64,000 bases of DNA, taken from the NCBI GenBank assembly GCA_947625345.1, contig CANQNX010000002.1:12459-76458 (forward strand), written 5' to 3'. The notes below the pieces were generated by a model. That model was not told the DNA's origin and ran no database searches. It saw nothing but the letters and a program-made list of their open reading frames with translations. Every line of letters starts with the position of its first letter. Position 1 is the first letter of the stretch. Below are positions 56,945 to 64,000 of the stretch, piece after piece. The position numbers and the translations under genes were made by a program. This DNA comes from Candidatus Gastranaerophilales bacterium (GTDB lineage Bacteria > Cyanobacteriota > Vampirovibrionia > Gastranaerophilales > Gastranaerophilaceae).

Positions 56945-58810
56945 ATGAATAAAAATCAATTAATGGGTTTATGGCTTGTAATAGGACTTTTAATATTGGC
57001 ATTAGTGTCATCATTTACTGCGCCTAAAACTTCAACACAATATTTATCATATAGTGAGTTTTTAGATAAAGTTAAAAATTCTCAAATAAAAGAAGTTGTA
57101 ATTTATAATGATTCCGTTACAGCGACTCCTTATAATGAAGATATAAAAAGTAATATAAACGGACAAGAGGAAGTTACTGCAGAATTAAGATACAAAACCA
57201 ATATACCCGCAAATGATTCATCTATTTATCCTTTATTAGAGGAAAATAACGTAAATATAGAAATAAAAAAAGCAAATGAATCATCATCATTTATGGGGCT
57301 TATGGGTACGGCATTTCCAATTATATTAATAATAATATTTTTTATAATATTAGCAAAAATAATACAAACAGGAGGTTCTCAAGCATTATCTTTCGGAAAA
57401 AGCAAAGCAAAAATGATGCTTGACAGCAAAGTTAAAATTACATTTAAAGATGTAGCAGGTATTGATGAAGAGAAACAAGAATTAGAAGAAATTGTAGATT
57501 TTTTAAAAAACGGGGAAAAATATTTAAAATTAGGAGCAAAAATACCAAAAGGCGTATTATTGGTAGGAGCACCGGGAACAGGTAAAACCCTAATGGCAAA
57601 AGCCGTAGCCGGAGAAGCAGGTGTACCGTTTTTTTCAATAAGCGGCTCTGATTTTGTGGAAATGTTTGTAGGTGTCGGAGCTTCGAGAGTAAGAGATTTA
57701 TTTGAGCAGGCAAAGAAACACCAACCTTGTATAGTGTTTATTGATGAAATAGATGCAGTCGGAAGACAAAGAGGTGCAGGTTTAGGCGGCGGTCATGATG
57801 AAAGAGAACAGACTCTTAATCAATTACTTGTTGAAATGGACGGATTTGACGGAAATACAAATATTATTATCTTAGCCGCAACAAACAGACCTGATATTTT
57901 AGATAATGCTCTTTTAAGACCCGGAAGATTTGACCGTCAAATTATGGTAAGTTTACCTGACGTAAAAGGAAGAGAGAAGATATTACAAGTTCACGCAAAA
58001 GGCAAACCTTTAGGCTCTGACGTAGACTTAAAGATATTGGCTAAACGCACTCCCGGATTTACCGGGGCAGACCTTCAAAGTCTTTTAAATGAATCTGCTC
58101 TTTTAGCGGCAAGAAGAAATAAAACCGTCATAAATATGAATGAAATTGATGATGCCATTGACAGAGTTATTGCAGGTATTGAAAAGAAAAGCAAAGTAAT
58201 GACGGATGAAGATAAGGAAATAACATCATATCATGAAGTCGGACATGCCCTTTTGGCAAAATTATTAAAAGATTGCGATGAACTTCATAAGGTAACAATT
58301 ATTCCGAGAGGTTATGCTTTAGGTATCACATGGACAAAACCTGAAGATAATAAAGTCCACATAAGTAAAGCAAAACTTTTAGATCAAATTACAATGACAT
58401 TAGGCGGAAGAGTGGCGGAAGAAATAGTTTTCGGGCCGGATAAGATTTCAACAGGCGCATCAAGCGACCTTGAAAAAGTAACGGAATTAGCGAAAAAAAT
58501 GGTTTCTCAATGGGGAATGTCAGAAAAAATGGGGGCTATGACATACGGCAAATCACAAGAACATGTGTTTATGGGACGTGATTTTGGTACTACACGTGAC
58601 TTTTCTGAAGAATTTGCCGCAGATTTAGACAGAGAAGTTAAAAAAATAATTGATTCAAGATATGAATATGCAAAAGAATTATTATCACAAAATAAAGACT
58701 TATTAGACGCAATATCTCAAGAGCTTCTTGAAAAAGAAACTCTTGATAACAATGATGTAACAGAAATTATTAACAGAATTAAGGGTGAAGAATTTATTGA
58801 AAGATTATAA
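56945..58810 (+). CDS. ftsH: ATP-dependent zinc metalloprotease FtsH
   Basis: Two N-terminal TM helices, AAA+ Walker A GAPGTGKT, Walker B IVFIDEID, the SRH, and the zinc site HEVGHAL. Confidence 0.96.
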   Translation: MNKNQLMGLWLVIGLLILALVSSFTAPKTSTQYLSYSEFLDKVKNSQIKEVVIYNDSVTATPYNEDIKSNINGQEEVTAELRYKTNIPANDSSIYPLLEENNVNIEIKKANESSSFMGLMGTAFPIILIIIFFIILAKIIQTGGSQALSFGKSKAKMMLDSKVKITFKDVAGIDEEKQELEEIVDFLKNGEKYLKLGAKIPKGVLLVGAPGTGKTLMAKAVAGEAGVPFFSISGSDFVEMFVGVGASRVRDLFEQAKKHQPCIVFIDEIDAVGRQRGAGLGGGHDEREQTLNQLLVEMDGFDGNTNIIILAATNRPDILDNALLRPGRFDRQIMVSLPDVKGREKILQVHAKGKPLGSDVDLKILAKRTPGFTGADLQSLLNESALLAARRNKTVINMNEIDDAIDRVIAGIEKKSKVMTDEDKEITSYHEVGHALLAKLLKDCDELHKVTIIPRGYALGITWTKPEDNKVHISKAKLLDQITMTLGGRVAEEIVFGPDKISTGASSDLEKVTELAKKMVSQWGMSEKMGAMTYGKSQEHVFMGRDFGTTRDFSEEFAADLDREVKKIIDSRYEYAKELLSQNKDLLDAISQELLEKETLDNNDVTEIINRIKGEEFIERL

Positions 58811-58828
58811 GGCAGAAAAGGAGATAAT

Positions 58829-59572
58829 ATGGCAAGTGTTATAAATTCAATAAGAAACATAGCTACAGATCCGTGGTGGGTACCAAAAGTTTTATTTTTA
58901 AGTTATCTGTGTTTCCTTATTATTTTTAATTTTGATTATTTAATGGCACACAGAGAAAATTTCTATCTCTTAGGAGGGATAACATTTGTCTTACTGATAG
59001 GTAATGCCGCCATATTAGTAAAAAGAAATATAAATAATGAAACCCCCATATTAGCGGGTCCTTTAGACTTTCTTGAATTGGTTATACGAGCATTAGCCTT
59101 TATAATATTAATGCTTCCGGGGTCAGTAATATTATATTTTATAATAAAATACATTATTGAAAATATAAATATTGAACCGTTAGGTCTTAACATCATATTA
59201 TTTTTTGCCGTAATAATTCTTTCACCATTTATTTTTATCCCGACTGTTCTTTTTTCAGCGAAAAGTAATATTTTTGACGGATATAGATTAGATTTGTTAC
59301 TTCAAGGCGGTGGTGAGTTTATGGTAAAAATGTTAAACTACTGTCTTCAATTCTTTTTTATAGTTTTCTTAGGATTTTTAGTTGTTTATTTGGGTTTAAA
59401 AGCAATTCTGTCGGAAGAAAGCTCTGCAGTATATATGTATATAGGTTTGTTTATAACAATTTCATTTTTATCTTTATTTTCATATATCTCAGACTTATAT
59501 GAAGAATCAATTCCTGTTGTAACAAAGAAAAATAATAAAAAACACATACATCATAAAAAATTAAAGAGATAA
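58829..59572 (+). CDS. Hypothetical polytopic membrane protein
   Basis: A 247-aa protein with about six hydrophobic segments and a basic C-terminal tail. SD AAAGGAGA is present. Its 3' end overlaps the convergent uvrB by 12 nt. Confidence 0.55.
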   Translation: MASVINSIRNIATDPWWVPKVLFLSYLCFLIIFNFDYLMAHRENFYLLGGITFVLLIGNAAILVKRNINNETPILAGPLDFLELVIRALAFIILMLPGSVILYFIIKYIIENINIEPLGLNIILFFAVIILSPFIFIPTVLFSAKSNIFDGYRLDLLLQGGGEFMVKMLNYCLQFFFIVFLGFLVVYLGLKAILSEESSAVYMYIGLFITISFLSLFSYISDLYEESIPVVTKKNNKKHIHHKKLKR

Positions 59573-61546
59573 ATCTCGAAGTTTTTTAATTTGATTACGA
59601 ATTTCAGCCGCTCTTTCAAAATCAAGAATTGAAGCGGCTTTTTTCATAGATTTTTCAAGTTTATCAAGCAATTTTGGTAAATCTTTTTTCGAAATATTAT
59701 TTTCTGCCATTTCTTCAGCTACAATATCTTCAATATTTCTGTAACTGTCAACAAGTTGTAAAAGATTATTTTCAATCGGTTTTTTAATTGTTTGAGGAGT
59801 TATATTATTCTCTTTATTATACTCTAATTGAATTTTTCTTCTTCTTTCGGTTTCTTTTATTGCTCTATCCATACTGTCTGTGATTTTATCGGCATACATT
59901 ATAACTTTAGAACATACATTTCTCGCTGCTCTTCCTATTGTTTGAATCAAACTTGTTTCAGAACGTAAAAATCCTTCTTTATCAGCATCCATTATAGCAA
60001 CGAGCGACACTTCAGGTATGTCAAGTCCTTCTCTCAACAGATTTACACCAATGAGTACGTCAAAAACACCCAATCTTAAATCTCTTAAAATTTCAACTCT
60101 TTCTATTGAAGTAATTTCGCTGTGAAGATATCTTACTTTTATTCCTAACTGTCTCAAATAATCACATAAATCTTCCGCCATTTTCTTTGTAAGTGTTGTT
60201 ACAAGTACTCTTTCTTTTTTATCGACTACATTTTGGATTTCTTCTATCAAATCATCCACCTGATTCAAAGTGGGTTTCACAAAAATTTCAGGATCTACAA
60301 GTCCTGTCGGTCTGATAATTTGTTCAACAATTTGAGAAGATACTGATTTTTCAAAATCACCAGGAGTTGCCGAAACAAATATTTTTTGTCCGACTTTTGC
60401 CCAAAACTCTTCTATCTTTAAAGGTCTGTTATCTTTTGCACTCGGAAGTCTGAAACCGTAATCAACGAGAACTGTTTTTCTTGCCTGATCACCATTATAC
60501 ATTGCTTTTAGCTGAGGAATTGATACATGGGATTCATCTATTACCAATAAAAAGTCATCATTAAAATAATCTAACAAAGTAGCAGGAGCACTTCCTTTAG
60601 GTCTTCTTTCTATTATTCTCGAATAATTTTCAATCCCGCTGCAGTATCCCATTTCTTTAATCATTTCAATATCATAATTTGTTCTTTGGTATATTCTCTG
60701 AGCCTCTATTAATTTATTTTCAAACTCAAATTTTCTCACCTGTTCCTGCATTTCTTCACGTATTAATCTTATGGTTTCTTCTTTATCTTCATCTCCCGTT
60801 ATATAATGAACTGCAGGGAAAATAACCACCTTATCCGTTTGTTCAATAATTTCTCCCGATACGGGATTAATACGGGATATTTTTTCCACTTCATCCCCGA
60901 ATAAATATATTCTTATAACCATTTTTTCATAAGCAGGCATTATTTCTATAATATCCCCTCTTATTCTAAAGGTGGAGCGTTCCAATTCCAAATCATTCCG
61001 GTTATATTGTATATTTACCAAAGCCATGAGAAATGCATTTCTGTCTATTTCATCACCGACATTTAACTCCAAGGCACCCTTAAAATACTGTTCCGGCAAA
61101 CCCAAACCGTAAATACAACTAACTGAAGCAACTACTATTACATCATTCCTTTCATATAAACTTCTTGTTGTATTGTGTCTTAGTCTGTCAATTTCATCGT
61201 TTATTGTTGCTGATTTTTCTATATACGTATCACTTCTCGGAATATAAGCTTCCGGTTGATAATAATCATAATAACTTATAAAGTATTCTACGGCATTATT
61301 AGGAAAGAGTTCTTTAAATTCATTATATAATTGAGCGGCAAGTGTTTTATTATGCGCAATTACAAGTGTTTGCTTCTGCATTTTTTCTATGACGTTTGCA
61401 ATTGTAAAAGTCTTGCCTGAGCCTGTTATACCTAAAAGAGTCTGTGCATCATCTGCGTTATTTAATCCGTCAATAAGCTGTTGTATTGCTTTTGGCTGAT
61501 CTCCCGAAGGTTTATATCTTGAACATATTTCAAATTTCTTTTCCAT
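59561..61546 (-). CDS. uvrB: Excinuclease ABC subunit B
   Basis: [15 protein letters not shown], helicase motifs (DESH, TATPG-like SATPGDFE), and the C-terminal UVR domain [14 protein letters not shown]. Confidence 0.96.
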   Translation of the reverse strand: MEKKFEICSRYKPSGDQPKAIQQLIDGLNNADDAQTLLGITGSGKTFTIANVIEKMQKQTLVIAHNKTLAAQLYNEFKELFPNNAVEYFISYYDYYQPEAYIPRSDTYIEKSATINDEIDRLRHNTTRSLYERNDVIVVASVSCIYGLGLPEQYFKGALELNVGDEIDRNAFLMALVNIQYNRNDLELERSTFRIRGDIIEIMPAYEKMVIRIYLFGDEVEKISRINPVSGEIIEQTDKVVIFPAVHYITGDEDKEETIRLIREEMQEQVRKFEFENKLIEAQRIYQRTNYDIEMIKEMGYCSGIENYSRIIERRPKGSAPATLLDYFNDDFLLVIDESHVSIPQLKAMYNGDQARKTVLVDYGFRLPSAKDNRPLKIEEFWAKVGQKIFVSATPGDFEKSVSSQIVEQIIRPTGLVDPEIFVKPTLNQVDDLIEEIQNVVDKKERVLVTTLTKKMAEDLCDYLRQLGIKVRYLHSEITSIERVEILRDLRLGVFDVLIGVNLLREGLDIPEVSLVAIMDADKEGFLRSETSLIQTIGRAARNVCSKVIMYADKITDSMDRAIKETERRRKIQLEYNKENNITPQTIKKPIENNLLQLVDSYRNIEDIVAEEMAENNISKKDLPKLLDKLEKSMKKAASILDFERAAEIRNQIKKLRDLSL

Positions 61547-61616
61547 AGTTATATTGTAATATCAAATATTTATTTAGTCACTTTACTATTTAATTAATTA
61601 AAAATATAATAATCAT

Positions 61617-63407
61617 ATGAATAATTTATCGGAGTATTTAAAAAAAGCTTTTGAATTTAAAAATAACGGCGAATATAAATTAGCTGTTGATTTTTTTTAT
61701 AAAGCACTATCTATAGATAATGAAAGTTGTGAAATACTTTCGGAATTAGCTTTTTTATATTCAAAACTTGACCAAACTCAACGGGCTATAAGTTTATATG
61801 AACAAGTTTTATCAAAAAATAATAACAACAATTATGCTAAATATAACTATGCTCTGTTAAATGTTTCACTTCAAAAATATGATAAGGCAATAAACCTGTT
61901 TGAAGAATTATACAATAATAATTACGACATAATTAATACTTCAATTAATTATTTTAAACTTCTTATTCATTTAAATAATTTTGATAAAGTAATATCCCTA
62001 TACAACTCAAATTATGAAAATTTAAATACCGTCCAAATAAATTTAATTATTGCCGATGAATATTTAAAGCAGGAAAATGAAGAAAAAGCTTTTGAATTTT
62101 ATTCAAAAGTTCTTTCTCAAGATGAAAATAATATAGAAGCAGGCTGCCACCTCGCAAGTTATTTATTCAATAAAGAAGAATATGAAAAAGCTCGTGATTT
62201 AGCTGAACGACTGCTTAAATTTTCTGAAAATGATAAACTTTTCTATATTTTAGGCGACTTAGATTACAAAAACGGAAATTATGACTCTGCGCTAAATTAT
62301 TATACTTGTGCCATAAAAATCAATAATAAGAATGCGGAATATTATTTTAAGGCAGGAGTGATTTTTTCTTTGAAAGGCTATTTTAAAGAAGCACAAGAAG
62401 CCTATATTAAAGCCGTTTCTATCGATAAAGGAAACTCTTTATATAAATATGCGCTCTCTTACCTATATTACACAAACAAAAAATTTCAGGATGCAGAAAA
62501 TATTATCGGAAGTGTTTTAGATTCCGACCCTGAAAATATTAAAGCTCTTTCTCTAAAAGTAATCTTGATGATTAATAAAAATGAAAGTGCCTTAGCAGGT
62601 AAAATTGTTGAAAAATTAAAGCAGACAAATATAATTGACGACTTTACATTTTATGCTTTAGCCGTTTATTATTCAAAATTAAATATGTGGGATAACGCAA
62701 CAACATACATCAAAAAAGCAATTGATATAAACAAAAATTCAGTCGAATATAAATATACATTGGCACAAATATATTTTAACGATTCAAAATTTGACGAAGC
62801 ATATAATCTTACGAAAGAAATAATCTCAATAAATTCAAAATACATTCAAGCATATATTTTAAAAGCAAAAATAATGATGGAAAAATCCGAATATGAAGAA
62901 GCCGAAAGCGACCTAAATAAAGCTCTTAATCTTGATATTAATTCTGATGAAATATACTATATCAAAGGATTAATAGAAACAGAAAAAAATAATTATAAAG
63001 AAGCAATAAAATATTATAAAACAGCACTTACAATAAATCCTAATAATGAAAAATATTACGGAATAATCGCAAAACTATATTATGAGTTACAGGATTTTGA
63101 AAGCGCATATACATACTTCAAAGAAGCCTCATCCATAAACATAACAAACGCAGAATATCATTATTATATGGCAAAATGTAATATAGAAAACAATCAAAAA
63201 GAAAAAGCACTTTCAAACTTTTCAATTATGAAAAGATTAGCCCCGTATAATATAAAATACATAAAAGAATATGCCGAATATTACCTAAAAACAGGGAATA
63301 AAAAAGCCGCCTCGGAAGTTTTAAACTCTTCAATAAAGCTTATAACTAATATTGAAGACAAAGAAAATTTAAAACAATTTTATAATAAAATAAAAAAAGG
63401 GTGTTGA
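61617..63407 (+). CDS. TPR-repeat protein
   Basis: A 596-aa protein with repeated 34-aa TPR units (e.g. EYYFKAGVIFSLKGYFKEAQEAYIKAVSIDKGN). Confidence 0.8.
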   Translation: MNNLSEYLKKAFEFKNNGEYKLAVDFFYKALSIDNESCEILSELAFLYSKLDQTQRAISLYEQVLSKNNNNNYAKYNYALLNVSLQKYDKAINLFEELYNNNYDIINTSINYFKLLIHLNNFDKVISLYNSNYENLNTVQINLIIADEYLKQENEEKAFEFYSKVLSQDENNIEAGCHLASYLFNKEEYEKARDLAERLLKFSENDKLFYILGDLDYKNGNYDSALNYYTCAIKINNKNAEYYFKAGVIFSLKGYFKEAQEAYIKAVSIDKGNSLYKYALSYLYYTNKKFQDAENIIGSVLDSDPENIKALSLKVILMINKNESALAGKIVEKLKQTNIIDDFTFYALAVYYSKLNMWDNATTYIKKAIDINKNSVEYKYTLAQIYFNDSKFDEAYNLTKEIISINSKYIQAYILKAKIMMEKSEYEEAESDLNKALNLDINSDEIYYIKGLIETEKNNYKEAIKYYKTALTINPNNEKYYGIIAKLYYELQDFESAYTYFKEASSINITNAEYHYYMAKCNIENNQKEKALSNFSIMKRLAPYNIKYIKEYAEYYLKTGNKKAASEVLNSSIKLITNIEDKENLKQFYNKIKKGC

Positions 63408-63449
63408 TTTTTTTTTATGACATGTTAATATTATTCTTGTAATTCCTAA

Positions 63450-63522
63450 GGGGGATTAGCTCAATTGGTAGAGCACCTGCTTTGCACGCAGGGGGTTAGG
63501 AGTTCGAGTCTCCTATTCTCCA
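63450..63522 (+). tRNA. tRNA-Ala (anticodon UGC)
   Basis: GGGGGATTAGCTCAATTGGTAGAGCACCTGCTTTGCACGCAGGGGGTTAGGAGTTCGAGTCTCCTATTCTCCA folds as a cloverleaf. The anticodon loop is CTTTGCA, and the G3:U70 alanine identity pair is present. CCA is not encoded. Confidence 0.92.
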
Positions 63523-63531
63523 TTTTAATAA

Positions 63532-63562
63532 ACGAGCGATAATAAAATCGGTCGTTTTTTAT
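63532..63562 (+). terminator. Hairpin plus T-run after tRNA-Ala
   Basis: ACGAGCGAT-AATAAA-ATCGGTCGT followed by TTTTTATT. The stem has one mismatch. Confidence 0.5.
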
Positions 63563-63694
63563 TGTCATGAATGGATTTTAAGAGTTCGATTAATTTTGAT
63601 GGAATCAAATAAGTTTTAAAAGTGGTTTTGATACTTTTGTTATAACAAAAAAGATTTTTATGTTAATCTTGTATAAAAGGAATTAATAACGATA

Positions 63695-64000
63695 ATGAAA
63701 AAGAGAACAATAATAGCTATAATAATCACAATATTTACACTCTTTTGTTCAAATAAATTATGGTTAGATTTTAGTCCGATGAGTGTTGATTTTGATATTT
63801 TAGGCAAAGGCGAATGCAATATTGAAGCACAGTTAAACAAAAAAGATAATAATGAATTTAAACAAATTAAGTCTCAAGGTAGAAAAATTAATCTTGAAGA
63901 AATCTCTCACGTAAGAATTTCGGTTGAAAGGTCAAAATTTCCCAAAAGAATAAGATTTGTTTTTAATGATATAACAGATGATAATCAAATTGAAATAAAA
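63695..64000 (+). CDS. Hypothetical membrane-anchored protein, 3' end outside the window
   Basis: The frame starting at ATG 63695 is open to the end of the window (MKKRTIIAIIITIFTLFCSNKLWLDFSPMSVDFDILGKGECNIEAQLNKK...). It has an N-terminal basic stretch plus TM helix. It is not in the ORF track because no stop codon is reached. Confidence 0.45.
   Translation, partial: MKKRTIIAIIITIFTLFCSNKLWLDFSPMSVDFDILGKGECNIEAQLNKKDNNEFKQIKSQGRKINLEEISHVRISVERSKFPKRIRFVFNDITDDNQIEIK

Noticed and set aside
59561-59572. The 12-nt convergent overlap of the membrane ORF and uvrB as a possible regulatory feature. A similar 4-nt overlap occurs at 830-833.
   Set aside because: Short convergent stop-region overlaps are common in compact AT-rich genomes. 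No structure or motif is associated with either overlap.
63658-63840. A 60-aa minus-strand ORF at the window end.
   Set aside because: The opposite strand carries a longer ORF, open to the window end, with a clean Met-Lys-Lys-Arg plus TM start at 63695. The minus-strand ORF is its mirror.
1-64000. A mobile genetic element, prophage, defence island or biosynthetic gene cluster.
   Set aside because: No integrase, transposase, recombinase, phage structural, restriction, toxin-antitoxin, Cas, PKS or NRPS-like ORFs were recognised. By eye, gene content and composition are uniformly core-like across the window.

Overview
This is a roughly 30% GC, densely packed chromosomal segment that is almost entirely housekeeping. 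I saw no transposase, integrase, phage, CRISPR or defence genes.

Gene content, in order:
- A pseudo-receiver/GGDEF protein, a class-A beta-lactamase-like serine hydrolase and a DAACS symporter.
- On the minus strand, an F-type ATP synthase operon in the order a-c-b'-b-delta-alpha-gamma, with no beta or epsilon. A 1179-aa AsmA/TamB-like gene is overlap-coupled to its 3' end.
- The [FeFe]-hydrogenase maturases hydE and hydG at two separate loci.
- uvrA, rpsA, ispH, pepT, and an MBOAT + SGNH-like O-acylation pair.
- An ACT/UPF0210 pair, folK, ribE-ribBA, and a complete trpEGDCFBA operon followed by an MFS transporter.
- tpiA, pyrF, ald, maf, apt, flhB and a fliA-like sigma factor.
- Two TPR proteins, a block of lineage-specific membrane/secreted hypotheticals, ychF, manC, ftsH, uvrB and a stand-alone tRNA-Ala(UGC).

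The cyanobacterial-type atp operon, flagellar genes, Hyd maturases and diderm markers are consistent with a non-photosynthetic cyanobacteria-related anaerobe (Melainabacteria/Vampirovibrionia-like). That is an inference and cannot be verified here.

The observations most worth a second look are regulatory or structural rather than a gene island:
1. An unlisted 40-codon leader ORF with three Trp codons, overlapping four G/C-rich segments that form mutually exclusive antiterminator and terminator hairpins upstream of trpE.
2. A dispersed family of hairpin repeats (GTCAnnCTGAA-N5-TTCAGnnTC, plus a second hairpin) found immediately 3' of three genes, with compensatory stem substitutions and one inverted-repeat-bounded copy.
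3. A degenerate GDEEF domain with an intact RxxD I-site.
4. A relic of a duplicated SGNH-like gene.
5. ispH without a canonical start codon.
6. An orphan protein that by eye resembles a VirB10/TrbI beta-barrel.

All family assignments are by-eye motif recognition from the supplied translations. No database search was run.
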